A stretch of 64,000 nt of DNA from Candidatus Obscuribacterales bacterium (GTDB lineage: Bacteria; Cyanobacteriota; Vampirovibrionia; Obscuribacterales; Obscuribacteraceae), in NCBI GenBank assembly GCA_019752635.1, contig JAIELX010000059.1, positions 63,191 to 127,190 on the forward strand. The letters are read 5' to 3'. This document shows positions 40,631 to 50,904 of the stretch, one piece after another. Each line of letters starts with the position of its first letter. The first letter of the stretch is position 1. Made by a program: the position numbers and the translations under genes. Below the pieces are notes generated by a model. It did not search any database. It was not told the origin of the DNA and saw only the letters and a program-made list of their open reading frames with translations.

Positions 40631-41653
40631 ATGAAAACGTTTGGTGTATCAAGGTATTTCCGGAATTTGCCGTTTCAACGCGCGCCTCGTTCGAGACGTT
40701 CGGGTCGTTTGAGGCTCTGGCTCTATATCACCGGCGCGTTGTCCTGTGCGCTTTGCTGGCCGGTGCAAGATGCAGCCGTCATGGCGCAGTCACTCGAACC
40801 GGTGCAGCGGACCGACACTTATACTATTACCGGCTCGCTGATGCGATCGCCAATCTCTGCCGATTCCGCTTCAGAAAATAGTGCTGCCGACACAAGTACC
40901 TACACGGGCGATGATGATGTCTTCGATGATCGAAAGGCGAACGCACTTTTGCAATCTTCCGAGTATGATGAGTTGATTCGCAATTGCAATGCCGTTCTCG
41001 ATCGGAACGCGTTGTGCGCATGGGCTCGGTTCTACAGGGGGTGCGCTTACTTTCACCAGGACGATTTACGCGCAGCCGTGCGTGATTTTAAACAAACGTC
41101 CGATGATGATTATTTTGGACGAACATCGCACATCTGGTTGGGATCGGCCTATGAACGACTGAAGAAGTATCAAACATCTTTGGTTCACTACAGCGAAGCA
41201 CTGAAAGGTGGAGTTAAGGATGCCAGCTTGCTGGTTTCTCGTGGATGTATCATGAACTTGCTGGGGCGGTGGCACGATGCAATTGATGATTTTGATAAGG
41301 CCATTGAATTGCAACCGGGCAACGCTCTGTCTCTAAGTCATCGCGGGTATGCCTACGCCAAGCTCAGCAATTTTGAAGAAGCGCTGAGCGATTTTTCAGC
41401 CGCGCTGTCAATTGATTCCGGGCTATCGCTTGCTTACAATTACCGCGGTTTTGTACTTAATCAGAGAAAAGATTTTGATGCAGCAATTGAAGACTTCACT
41501 AAAGCCGTCGAACTAAGTCCAGAGTATGCCGCAGCATACGTCAACAGGGGGTGCGCCTATTTCGCCAAAGGTGACAATGAGCGCGCCGACAAGGATTTTC
41601 GCAAAGCGAAAGAATTAGATTCACATATGCGAGACAGACGTCCCGTTCTCTAA
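40631..41653 (+). CDS. TPR-repeat protein, probably exported
   Basis: The ORF is open from GTG 40586 and ATG 40631 (MKTFGV...) is also possible. Signal-like segment RLRLWLYITGALSCALCWPVQDAAVMA. Several 34-aa TPR units (e.g. AIDDFDKAIELQPGNALSLSHRGYAY, AIEDFTKAVELSPEYAAAYVNRGCAY). Confidence 0.8.
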   Translation: MKTFGVSRYFRNLPFQRAPRSRRSGRLRLWLYITGALSCALCWPVQDAAVMAQSLEPVQRTDTYTITGSLMRSPISADSASENSAADTSTYTGDDDVFDDRKANALLQSSEYDELIRNCNAVLDRNALCAWARFYRGCAYFHQDDLRAAVRDFKQTSDDDYFGRTSHIWLGSAYERLKKYQTSLVHYSEALKGGVKDASLLVSRGCIMNLLGRWHDAIDDFDKAIELQPGNALSLSHRGYAYAKLSNFEEALSDFSAALSIDSGLSLAYNYRGFVLNQRKDFDAAIEDFTKAVELSPEYAAAYVNRGCAYFAKGDNERADKDFRKAKELDSHMRDRRPVL

Positions 41654-41705
41654 TAAAGTCCTTGAGCGTGACACCGTAGACGGTATCGGTGGACCCGGGT
41701 TGAAG

Positions 41706-42116
41706 TCAGTGTTGTCCTTGCGCTGTAGCCGGTGGTTCCTCGCTTATTACATTCCATTTGGTAAGTAATGCGCGGAGCGTATCCATCATTACGGGCTTGA
41801 GCACAAAGTCATCCATTCCTGCCAGCTTGCACCGATCCTGTGCCGGAAAGGCCGTTAGGGCAATGATTGGCACTCTTGGTCGATTATTTTTCGTTTCATG
41901 ATCGCGAATTCTGATGGCTGCGGTTACCCCGTCCATCATCGGAAGACCAAGGTCCATTATTATTACGGCATATTCAGTACCGGACGTTGCCAGCTCTACT
42001 GCGCGCAGCCCGTCCTCGGCCGTATGACAATCCAGGCAAAGCTGCTTAAGCTGCCGCCTGCCCATAAAGCGCAGGGTTGGATCGTCTTCGACTAGGAGCA
42101 CCAGATTTGTTGACAT
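41706..42116 (-). CDS. single-domain response regulator (CheY-like receiver)
   Basis: Receiver motifs: LLVEDDP, phospho-acceptor context VIIMDLGLPMMDG, IIALTA and FVLKPV. 136 aa with no output domain. Confidence 0.85.
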   Translation of the reverse strand: MSTNLVLLVEDDPTLRFMGRRQLKQLCLDCHTAEDGLRAVELATSGTEYAVIIMDLGLPMMDGVTAAIRIRDHETKNNRPRVPIIALTAFPAQDRCKLAGMDDFVLKPVMMDTLRALLTKWNVISEEPPATAQGQH

Positions 42117-42319
42117 GGGGTCTTATCGCGTGTCCGAAATGGTACCAGAACCTCCCTGGAGATTTAGCGAAGTCGGGTATTCTTCAACAATAACCGATAC
42201 GAATGTCCGATCGAAGTGACAGCGACGAGTGAAAGCCCGTCCGGCCCGGCACTCAAAGATTTGATCGTGACATCAAAATGTGATCAAAACGTGCAAATTG
42301 GCACTAGCCGGAGTGAAGT

Positions 42320-43555
42320 CTAGAGCACGCGGCAAATCAGCACTTTCAGGTAGCCGGTCTCAGGGGCGGAAATCATAACCGGATGATCGCTGCCATTTTG
42401 GAAAACCTCCAGCACTTGAACGCTGCGTCCGGTTCGAGCGGCAGCGTCATGAATAGTGCCGCAAAATTCATCGAGAGTAACGCTGCCTGTGCAAGAGCAG
42501 GTCATGAGCAGCGCTCCCGGCGCAACACACTGAATCCCCAGTTCGTTGAGTCTGGTGTAGCCCTTAAGAGCGTTGTTCTTTTCCTTGTGCGTTTTTGCAA
42601 AGGCAGGCGGGTCCAGAATTACCAGGTCGAACTTGTTGCCTTGTTCGTTCTGACTTTCCAACCACTTAAACGCATCGGCACATACAAATGTGTGTCGCTG
42701 GTCCGACATGTTGTTTTCTGCAAAATTTCTCTCTGCCAAATTCAGCGCTTTTTGCGATTCGTCTACATTCACTGTCGAGATCGATTCGTTAGCTGCCAGC
42801 ATGGCTATTGAAAAACCGGAGCTGTAGCAGAAGCAATTGGCGATTTTGGCGGACAGGGGAAAAAGGCGTGCATATCGCATTAGCGCCTGGCGCTTGTCTC
42901 GCTGGTCGGAGAAGAATCCAGTTTTTTGCCCGCGCACAAGATCGACGACGAACTTGAGATTGTGTTCTTTCACTATTACTTCGCGATCAAGTTCGCCTTC
43001 AAGCAGTCTCGTCTCTTCGAGTTGGAGACCTTCTCTCTTGCGGACGGGGGCATCGTTTCGCAGAAGTATGGTCGTTGCACCGGTAACGGTTTTTAAGGAC
43101 GACACAAACTCGGGCAGGAGTCTGTCGCTTCCTGCGGTGTGCGATTGAACAACGAGAATTCCGGCAAAGGAGTCGACTATGAAACCGGGCAGCGAGTCGC
43201 CCTCGGAGTTAATCAATCGAAAGACATCGGTGGCATCCAGATCGATTGATTGCCTTCTCAGCGCAACTGCTTCTTTGATGCGCTGCTCCAGAAATGCCCC
43301 GTCAATTTCTTGTTGCGCGTCTCGGGTGAGAACTCGTACTGCAATGTCGCAATTTGAATTGTAGTATCCGCGTGCAACGAATTTTCCGTTCAGATCGACG
43401 AGATCCACGAGCGACCCCGGATCTGCTTTTCCGGGGGCTTGCGATATTGCTCCTGAGAACAGCCACGGGTGACCTCTCAGGAGTTGCCACTCTCGCCCTT
43501 TTTTGATTGAAATTTTTGGGAGTGCCAAGGTGGAATACCGGATTCGTGATGTCAA
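42320..43555 (-). CDS. rlmI: 23S rRNA (cytosine-C5) methyltransferase RlmI-like (PUA + class I SAM MTase)
   Basis: KKGREWQLLRGHPWLFSGAI at the N-terminus, QKTGFFSDQRD, FDLVILDPPAF and the C-terminal DHPV...PETGYLKVLICRV are collinear with E. coli RlmI as I recall it. Confidence 0.8.
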   Translation of the reverse strand: MTSRIRYSTLALPKISIKKGREWQLLRGHPWLFSGAISQAPGKADPGSLVDLVDLNGKFVARGYYNSNCDIAVRVLTRDAQQEIDGAFLEQRIKEAVALRRQSIDLDATDVFRLINSEGDSLPGFIVDSFAGILVVQSHTAGSDRLLPEFVSSLKTVTGATTILLRNDAPVRKREGLQLEETRLLEGELDREVIVKEHNLKFVVDLVRGQKTGFFSDQRDKRQALMRYARLFPLSAKIANCFCYSSGFSIAMLAANESISTVNVDESQKALNLAERNFAENNMSDQRHTFVCADAFKWLESQNEQGNKFDLVILDPPAFAKTHKEKNNALKGYTRLNELGIQCVAPGALLMTCSCTGSVTLDEFCGTIHDAAARTGRSVQVLEVFQNGSDHPVMISAPETGYLKVLICRVL

Positions 43556-43660
43556 TGCTGCAACGGGGTCAATCGCTACAGTGGTTGGTAGTCTTGCACA
43601 GATCGGTTCTGTTGGCTATTTCCCGGAGGGCTAATTTGCGGGATCTTAAACAGGTTCACC

Positions 43661-44182
43661 GTGATCGATTTGTTGGCACCGGCGAAGGGCATGAATCACC
43701 TAGAGACGACGGAGGCGATGATGGCCGACCACCTACAATCCAAAATGTTGGCTCCGCCGCCTTATCTTGTGGTGCAGAACCTGTATCGGGGACCATTGCC
43801 GGATCAGGTGATTTTTCAGGAGATTCAAAAGGCTGGCATTCGCCGTCTCATAACACTCTGCGATGAGTGGTCTCCCTCACGAGATACCAAGCAACACTGC
43901 AAGCATCTCGGTCTGGAAAACCATCACATACCATTGAGCCCGTTTTACCGACCGGGCAAGAGTGATATTCAGCGATTCTTACAACTGTTGGATGAACGCG
44001 ACACTGTACCAACTTATGTACATTGCATTCACGGGCGCGATAGAACGGGCTGCATGCTCGGGATCTTTCGCCTCACGCAAGGTTGGTCCTACGAAGATGC
44101 GCTCAGTGAGATGCAAGAGCATGGCTTCTGCATGGATTTTACCGAGTTGATTGCGTCGGTGCGTAGTTACGCCGATTATTGA
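43661..44182 (+). CDS. protein-tyrosine / dual-specificity phosphatase (CX5R)
   Basis: Active-site loop VHCIHGRDRTG (HCxxGxxRT). About 170 aa. Start uncertain (GTG 43661 or ATG 43691). Confidence 0.8.
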   Translation: MIDLLAPAKGMNHLETTEAMMADHLQSKMLAPPPYLVVQNLYRGPLPDQVIFQEIQKAGIRRLITLCDEWSPSRDTKQHCKHLGLENHHIPLSPFYRPGKSDIQRFLQLLDERDTVPTYVHCIHGRDRTGCMLGIFRLTQGWSYEDALSEMQEHGFCMDFTELIASVRSYADY

Positions 44183-44186
44183 ACTG

Positions 44187-44441
44187 TTAGTTAAGATTGC
44201 GCTGTGCGAAGATTGAGGCCGCATCCATTCCCGGAATTCTGACGCAGTCTGCGTGACCGCACGGACATTCTGAGTGAAGACCCGATTGTTCCAGGAATTT
44301 CTTTTCGCACTCAGGACCGCAGAACCGTTGTTCTTCTCTAATGAAGCACGAGCAATCTTTAAACGAGCATGGAACTTTTACCGGAGCGTCTTGCATCGCA
44401 GTGAGTTCTTCTTCGACAACTGCTGATCTAGCATCACACAT
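44187..44441 (-). CDS. Cys-rich small protein (metallothionein-like / metal-binding, tentative)
   Basis: 84 aa with 9 Cys plus His in clusters: CSFKDCSC, CGPEC, CPCGHADC. Confidence 0.5.
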   Translation of the reverse strand: MCDARSAVVEEELTAMQDAPVKVPCSFKDCSCFIREEQRFCGPECEKKFLEQSGLHSECPCGHADCVRIPGMDAASIFAQRNLN

Positions 44442-45117
44442 TTGGGCACCTCCGCTGGATTTTCGGGGAGGGCCTGTCAGTTAGTTCAATACTTTGACAG
44501 CCCGTTCTTTTCTTTCGACGTCCAATGGAGGGAGCGGTGTTCCCTTGCCAGTGTTCTAGATGAACGACTCGGCAGGAGCGTTAAGTAGGCTGCCCGCAAG
44601 CGCAGACCGGCATGTGGAGTTGAGATCTAGCGAACGAGGTTTGCGATGACTACGCCCAGTGAAGTAGCAGCTACGACATAAGCAAAAACAATCAGCATTT
44701 GATCCACCTCTAATGTACTTACAGAGTTCTAGACGCGGAATTGTCAAAAAAGTTCAGGTGTTTCGTTGAATTTGAGCAATTTTTCATGAACAACATCATG
44801 TCAACGTCCGTGCTGGATGCTGCTTCGGCAGTCCAGGAAAGGGGGCTCGGTTTCGCTTTAGTTATCGGGTGGTGTGTTCGAGGGGGCTTGACAATCGTGG
44901 CGGCTGAGGCGGATGTCATTTGGGTTTCTTTGGTACAAGGCGGAAAAGCATGCCATAGCCGTGTTTCTCACGGAGACCTCTCTGCGCTTGTTGCGGGAGC
45001 TGCGACTGCTTTGTCCTCGAATTTCCTGACAGCGGTTGATATGAATGCACACTCAGAACTGTCGGGGGGGACATTTATAGAATGGTTAGACAGCCGGTTC
45101 AGACTGCGGAGGACAAT

Positions 45118-46149
45118 ATGTTGAATCGTACAGGCAGATGTCAGCTGCTAGTGGTATTGATGGCGTTTGCCGTCGTGACATCCGCGTTGTTCGCCGTGGA
45201 ATCCCGTGCTCAGTATAAGGAATCCTATCGTGGCGGTGAGGGACAGTGGGGGCAGTGCTGTCACGAATGTGTACCCCCTGAGGTACCCGCTGGTCCGGCT
45301 GCCACTCCGGCGCCGCCCCCGCCGCCTCCAGCACCGCCGCCACCGCCTGTAACGCCGCCTCCGGAGAAGCTGGCCATGCCGACTCCGGTACCACCACCTT
45401 TTTCGCCCGGTGTAGTCGTTCCGAATGACGTATCCGCCGCCGCCGCTAGAATGCCTGCGCAACCGCCCGGTCTGAGACCGCTGGTGCAAAACTTGATTCT
45501 TCTATCCGACAACAAGTTTCCGTTTCCGAAGAGCAAAGACCGGGGCGACGGCATCATAGTCAGAGCGGAGGAACACTCGTCGACCGAGCGCCCCTCCCCC
45601 TGCTCAGTGAAAATTCACTCAGGTCGGGTCCTTGTATCGGTTCGGCGACCGTCGGAAGTGGGGTTGGCGATAACGGACCTGGCCGAGATTTCCCTCGCAT
45701 CCGACAGCGACGTGCTGATCGGTGCGGAGAATGGGTTGGTCCGGGTGCTGAATTTGGATTCGCGCGGGTCGGCATGCAAAATCAAGTTGGGGAAAAATGT
45801 CCTCAACGATGCGAATAACAAGATCATTTCAATCAAGCCCGGAACCGAGCTTGTCTTTAGCAACTCGAAACTGAACCGACACGTCTTGCGCCCGTCTGAC
45901 GGTATTGCGCGACGCCGGTCGAAGCTGTTGGAAGATGGTCGCATTGCCCTGACAGAATTCTCATTGGCGACGGTGATGCAATCCTGCGATTTAATTGTGC
46001 AACTTGAACAAGAATCTTCCAACCATAAAGCGCAGCGTATGTTGACGGACATGTCAAAAATGGCTGCCGTTCTGAACTACATGAACGGACCCGGATTCAC
46101 CTATGGTGGAGTCGGAAACCAGGTTGCCGGAAAGAACCAGATTCAGTAA
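45118..46149 (+). CDS. exported Pro-rich protein with beta-rich (FecR-like?) C-terminal domain
   Basis: ATG 45118 follows GGAGGA (ORF open from 45082). TM/signal segment LLVVLMAFAVVTSALFAV, a QCCHEC motif, then a poly-Pro tract PAPPPPPPAPPPPPVTPPP. Confidence 0.65.
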   Translation: MLNRTGRCQLLVVLMAFAVVTSALFAVESRAQYKESYRGGEGQWGQCCHECVPPEVPAGPAATPAPPPPPPAPPPPPVTPPPEKLAMPTPVPPPFSPGVVVPNDVSAAAARMPAQPPGLRPLVQNLILLSDNKFPFPKSKDRGDGIIVRAEEHSSTERPSPCSVKIHSGRVLVSVRRPSEVGLAITDLAEISLASDSDVLIGAENGLVRVLNLDSRGSACKIKLGKNVLNDANNKIISIKPGTELVFSNSKLNRHVLRPSDGIARRRSKLLEDGRIALTEFSLATVMQSCDLIVQLEQESSNHKAQRMLTDMSKMAAVLNYMNGPGFTYGGVGNQVAGKNQIQ

Positions 46150-46163
46150 AAATTCGGGTAACC

Positions 46164-46928
46164 ATGGGTGGTATCGAGCGGTTATCGATCGAGGTTACGA
46201 ACAAGTGCGCGAAGGCGTGTTCCTTTTGCTACAACAGTAGTTTGCCGGGGGGAGGCACAACTTGGACCCGCGACAATCTGGTCGACTTTGTTTCGGATTG
46301 TGCGGGCTTTGGCGTCAAAGCCGTGTCTTTCGGAGGCGGTGAACCGTTTCAGTACGAAGGAATTTTCGATGTACTTGATTCTCTACGCGGCAAAGTGTTT
46401 CGTTCGATGACTACCAACGGACTTCTCCTGGAAGCGAATTGGGATAGTCTGTTGCAGGTGCGACCCGATAAAGTGCATGTCTCAATTCACTTTCCGGACA
46501 ACAAAGGGGAAGTAGAAAAAGTCGTTCAGCAGGTCACCGAGCTGGCGTCGGCTGGTATCAAAAGCGGTGTCAACTTTTTGGTGCGGAAATCAATGCTCGC
46601 CCAGTCCGTGGAAGCTGCGCATTTGGTCCGGAACCATGGTATTTCTAATGAGAGAATCGTCTATCTCCCTATGCGAGGTTTTGATACGCCAACGCCGAGA
46701 CAGGTTGCATTAGTCGCGGGCGATACGCCCTTTCAGTCCATGTCCTGTCTCAGCAAATGCGCCGCGAGTCCAAGATTTTGTTCAATTGGATGGGATAAGA
46801 AAGTGGGGTGGTGCTCGTACACCACGGAGCGCGCAGCTTTAGCCGAGCTGTCTTTCGCCGGACTACAGACCGCGTTGACTGGACTAGGGCTAGTCTTTTG
46901 CGGCGGCACTGATGAACAAGTAGCGTAA
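46164..46928 (+). CDS. radical SAM protein
   Basis: CX3CX2C motif CAKACSFC (nt 46206-46229), a GGGEP motif, and a C-terminal Cys cluster CLSKCAASPRFCSIGWDKKVGWC suggesting an auxiliary Fe-S site. The gene starts 15 nt after the upstream gene. Confidence 0.8.
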   Translation: MGGIERLSIEVTNKCAKACSFCYNSSLPGGGTTWTRDNLVDFVSDCAGFGVKAVSFGGGEPFQYEGIFDVLDSLRGKVFRSMTTNGLLLEANWDSLLQVRPDKVHVSIHFPDNKGEVEKVVQQVTELASAGIKSGVNFLVRKSMLAQSVEAAHLVRNHGISNERIVYLPMRGFDTPTPRQVALVAGDTPFQSMSCLSKCAASPRFCSIGWDKKVGWCSYTTERAALAELSFAGLQTALTGLGLVFCGGTDEQVA

Positions 46929-46965
46929 GTCATGGTCACCTTTTTCATCGACGGGAGCATTGGTA

Positions 46966-47700
46966 CTACTTGGTGTCCACATCCCTTCTGTATGACTCGT
47001 CGTTGCGCACAGACTCTTTATTTCTATTTCGTTCGATTATCGTTCCGCCGTCGTTTCTGAAAACTTGCTCGTTACGAACTACCGGTTCGTTTCGACTAAT
47101 GTGCTCGCTAACGTAGCCGGGCCGCGACGGATGCTCCATCGCCCAATTGGGGTGGTAGAGAGCCGTGAACTCCTCACCATGGGGCTGTTCCACCAGGACT
47201 TCTACGGCTCCGGCTTCCTCCATTATCGCTTCTGCTTTGTAGCGCTCTTGAACCGAGTTAACTCGGGTCGAGATCAAGACACTGCCGGACAGCTGCTCGG
47301 TAGTTTGCACTTGAGCGGCATAACTTGGTGTATCGAAGTGCATGACTGCGCCGGTCAGGAAACCGATATAGGACCCGGCTGCCGCCCCGGCTATCATTGC
47401 CAGTAGTGGCACTATGCTGAGGAAGAACTCGAATCCCGGAATGTACATAACGGCGATCCATGTTGAGATCGCGCCAATCACTGCGCCGGCAACCGACGCC
47501 CAGATTACGAACATATCGGGGCGGCCGCTAAGCAGCGGATATGAAATCTGGCGCATGTTTTCCGTATCGCCGCCGAGAACCATTAGGTTTTCTCGCTGGA
47601 AACCGGCACTGAGAAGTCGTTTTACTGCCTCTTCGGCATAGGCATTGTTAAAGTACACCCCTGTAACTACTTTGGGCGAAATCGTGGTTTTACGTGGCAT
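46966..47700 (-). CDS. hypothetical membrane protein
   Basis: I prefer ATG 47700 (MPRKTT) with GAGGTG 6 nt upstream (ORF open to 47829). Two or three Gly/Ala-rich TM helices and a charged R/N/E repeat tail. Confidence 0.6.
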   Translation of the reverse strand: MPRKTTISPKVVTGVYFNNAYAEEAVKRLLSAGFQRENLMVLGGDTENMRQISYPLLSGRPDMFVIWASVAGAVIGAISTWIAVMYIPGFEFFLSIVPLLAMIAGAAAGSYIGFLTGAVMHFDTPSYAAQVQTTEQLSGSVLISTRVNSVQERYKAEAIMEEAGAVEVLVEQPHGEEFTALYHPNWAMEHPSRPGYVSEHISRNEPVVRNEQVFRNDGGTIIERNRNKESVRNDESYRRDVDTK

Positions 47701-47972
47701 GGTGTTCACCTCACTCCTAGATGACGTACTCGTCATCTGATACCGGCTATTTGAAACGCTTTCTCTAGCTGTATTTCTTAAGATGCTTTCCATGTTTCCG
47801 GTGTTGCACTCAAGCTCATGTAAAAGCACCGTCTTCTGGTTGCGATAACTCGTACTGGCTCAGCTTTGAGGAATGTTGCACTGATGCCCTGATCGAAATT
47901 CTTGCAGCGTTATGGAAGTGGATTCAGTGGCGAGCTCTGTTTAATATACTTTTGTAATGCTGCGACTCAGCG

Positions 47973-50294
47973 GTGCCGAAATTTAGAATCCGCGAAGTAA
48001 GTGCTCAAGCTCATCAGCGGCAAATGGTCGTCAAGTCCGACCTCCTGCGGCTCTCGGCGGGAACTGCAGCGCCGGAGGTACGTCTGATTGTGAAGTTCAG
48101 GGCGGCGGCACTTGCAATGAAGCATATTCGGTTACTACTAAGCGGGCTGACCGCGGCCTACGGAGCGCTGGCGACTGTCGGTCGTCGGACCTGCAAGAGC
48201 ACTGTTCAACGCTTCGGCAGGGCGTCGACTTTTCGAGCCGGGTTACGACACGCCCTTATCTTACTAGGCGTCAGTGCGGCGACGTTCTCGGCGGGGCTAG
48301 CGCTGTGGTGTCTGTGGCTTTGTTCCACATTGCCTCCAGCAGAGCTGGAAATCGGAGTTGCCATCTACGACCGCAACGAGCACCTGGTTTGCCGTGCCTA
48401 TGATGATGAGCGCCTTGTCGAGCCTGTGCCCCTCAAGAGTGTCTCTAAGTGGGTCGCAAAAGCGGTTATAGCTAGTGAAGATAAGACATTTCTTGACCAT
48501 CATGGTGTGAGCGCTCCGGGAATGATGCGTGCGTTGGTGGCGAACGTATCCGAGCGGAAGGTCGTGCAGGGCGGGTCAACCATTACGCAGCAACTTGCGA
48601 AAAATCTGTATTTCTCCGGCGAAGGGAGGCGCTTTTCCCGCAAGATTAAGGACGCGGCGATGGCGATTAGTCTTGAGCGCAAATATTCGAAGGACCAAAT
48701 CCTTGAGGCCTACCTCAATACCACCTACTTCGGCACGGGCGCTTATGGGATTGAGCGCGCCGCCAGAACTTATTTCGGGAAAACATCCGGAAATCTAACT
48801 CTATCAGAGTCGGCTTATCTGGCCGGTTTGATCAACGCTCCGTCTAAACTCAGCAAAAAAGCTAACTTCGACGATGCGATTGGGCGTCGAAATCGCTTGC
48901 TCAAGGAGATGAAGGAGAGTGGAGTCATTACCGAAAAGGAGGCTGCTAATGCCCTAAAGCATAAGCCGACGTTTCAGGGCGGGATGTACGTGCCACCATC
49001 TTCATTCTACGTCAATGAAGTCTTGAAGACCTTGAGGGAGCCATTCGGTCGCGATGAAATGTACAGCAAGGGACTTCACGTCTTCACGTTCATGGATAGC
49101 GCCGCTCAAAAATTGGCGACCGCAAAATTAGCATATGGTATCAAGCATGCACCGCCCGGGGTGCGCGAAGGAGCACTGGTATCGGTGTCTGTTGCTGACG
49201 GTGGTGTTCTGAGTATCGTGGGCGGAGTCGACGGTCGTCGCAGTCAATGGAATCGCGCCTTGTCTCCACACATGGCGGGCTCGGCGTTTAAGCCGTTTGT
49301 GTATCTTGCCGGTCTTAATACCGGTAAGCTCGGACCGGATTCTCTTTTGTTGGACGCTCCATTCAATCCGTCCGATCCCAGCGGAGGCAATTACAATCCG
49401 CAAAACTATGACGGGCATTACCTTGGTTGGATCAGTACCCGCAAAGCCATTGCGCTGTCGCGGAACACTTGCGCGGTTCGTGTCGCTCAAGCCGTTTCGC
49501 CGCACGAAGTGATTCGCACTGCTAGAAAAGCAGGCATCAAGTCTCGTATGGATGCTACTCCCTCAATTGCATTGGGCTCTTGCAGCGTAAGTCCGCTGGA
49601 AATTGCTACCGCATACGCAACACTTGCTCGCGGTGGTGAAGCAATCGAGCCTCGCTTGATAAAACGTGTGGAAGATCGTGATAAAAAAGTCCTTCGCACT
49701 TATGATGCTGAGTCTGTTCGTGTATTCGATCCTGAGCCGGTAGCGGCGTTGGTTGACGCGCTTCAGGATGTGGTCGAAACGGGAACCGGTACTCGTGCGC
49801 GGTTAGCGAATCGGCCTGCCGCCGGCAAGACCGGAACGTCTGATGGTCCAACCGACATTTGGTTCGTCGGATTCACAACCGATGTTGTAACCGCGGTTTG
49901 GGGCGGCAACGACGAGTTTAAGCCGATCGCAGGTTCGCATGTTACCGGCGGCACAGTCATGGCGAAGATCTGGCAGAATTACATGGCTTCGTACTACAGG
50001 GCGCACCCGACGCCGGTCACAGCATTTGCTCGTCCGCTTAATCCTCTGGTTCAAGATGATTCGGCACCGAGCTTCTACGAGGTTGCACCACCCATAATCG
50101 GTGAATTGATGGACTTGATGGGGCGTTCCATTGTTCGTGAGTACGGGCATGGCGATTATCACGACGAAGAAGACGATGCGGCTGTTGAGGGCGAACATGG
50201 CGACGAAGGCGTTCGCGTAGATGAGCGCCAGTCCAAGGTTGCTCAGAAACCTAAACTCTTTCGCCGCATTGTGAACTTCGTTAAGTCACTCTAG
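47973..50294 (+). CDS. class A penicillin-binding protein (PBP1A-type transglycosylase/transpeptidase)
   Basis: GT51 motifs: EDKTFLDHHGV, GGSTITQQLAKN, RKIKDAAMAISLERKYSKDQILEAYLN. Transpeptidase motifs: SAFKP (SxxK), SRN, KTGT. Start ambiguous (47973, 48024 or 48117). Confidence 0.9.
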   Translation: MPKFRIREVSAQAHQRQMVVKSDLLRLSAGTAAPEVRLIVKFRAAALAMKHIRLLLSGLTAAYGALATVGRRTCKSTVQRFGRASTFRAGLRHALILLGVSAATFSAGLALWCLWLCSTLPPAELEIGVAIYDRNEHLVCRAYDDERLVEPVPLKSVSKWVAKAVIASEDKTFLDHHGVSAPGMMRALVANVSERKVVQGGSTITQQLAKNLYFSGEGRRFSRKIKDAAMAISLERKYSKDQILEAYLNTTYFGTGAYGIERAARTYFGKTSGNLTLSESAYLAGLINAPSKLSKKANFDDAIGRRNRLLKEMKESGVITEKEAANALKHKPTFQGGMYVPPSSFYVNEVLKTLREPFGRDEMYSKGLHVFTFMDSAAQKLATAKLAYGIKHAPPGVREGALVSVSVADGGVLSIVGGVDGRRSQWNRALSPHMAGSAFKPFVYLAGLNTGKLGPDSLLLDAPFNPSDPSGGNYNPQNYDGHYLGWISTRKAIALSRNTCAVRVAQAVSPHEVIRTARKAGIKSRMDATPSIALGSCSVSPLEIATAYATLARGGEAIEPRLIKRVEDRDKKVLRTYDAESVRVFDPEPVAALVDALQDVVETGTGTRARLANRPAAGKTGTSDGPTDIWFVGFTTDVVTAVWGGNDEFKPIAGSHVTGGTVMAKIWQNYMASYYRAHPTPVTAFARPLNPLVQDDSAPSFYEVAPPIIGELMDLMGRSIVREYGHGDYHDEEDDAAVEGEHGDEGVRVDERQSKVAQKPKLFRRIVNFVKSL

Positions 50295-50400
50295 GTTTAC
50301 GGAACGCTTCGACATACTATGGAGTTTCGAAGTCTCCTTCTGATTCTTGGTAAAATGCATCTGTCGCAGGACTGATTGACAAGAATGACTGGAGGTTGTC

Positions 50401-50904
50401 TTGAAGCGTCTTAAATCTGTCGCCATGGCAGCCTGCCTTTCTGTTGCGTGGGGAAGTTTGTCGACATCTGCCGAACCTCAGGCGTCCGCCACTTTTGCGC
50501 AAGGCGCAGCGAGTCCATTAATTGTTGTAGCCACATACAAAGCTTTTTCCGCTCCTGTAAAAGACGCCACCTCAGCGAATATTTACTTCGACGGCATATG
50601 GACAACATATCGAGTAGAGAGGCTACTTAGGAGCGACAATAGAACAAAGACCGGCGACATATTATCTGTAAACCATCAGTTTCATGATGGATCTGCATGT
50701 GAGGCGCCGGACGAGTTTACGTTCTCGGAAAAATTATTGCCGTCGCCCGGCTCAAGCTGGATTCTCTTGCTTGAGCCGACTAAGCCCGGGGGCGCCCAGT
50801 ACCGGACCTACCGGGGTACCTTTGGTCGCCTGGTCAACAATGAACAAAATTTGGAAAAAGTTCGAAGAGCAATGAGCGCGGTTGGCAACGCTCGTGAAAA
50901 GTAA
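50401..50904 (+). CDS. secreted hypothetical protein
   Basis: TTG 50401 is preceded by GGAGG. Signal peptide KRLKSVAMAACLSVAWGSLSTSA. Confidence 0.55.
   Translation: MKRLKSVAMAACLSVAWGSLSTSAEPQASATFAQGAASPLIVVATYKAFSAPVKDATSANIYFDGIWTTYRVERLLRSDNRTKTGDILSVNHQFHDGSACEAPDEFTFSEKLLPSPGSSWILLLEPTKPGGAQYRTYRGTFGRLVNNEQNLEKVRRAMSAVGNAREK

Noticed and set aside
44741-45124. A 127-aa ORF filling the gap upstream of the Pro-rich protein gene.
   Set aside because: It has a TTG start, no RBS and no recognisable domain, and it overlaps the likely start region of 45118-46149. I left it unannotated, but it could be a real small gene. Conservation analysis would decide.
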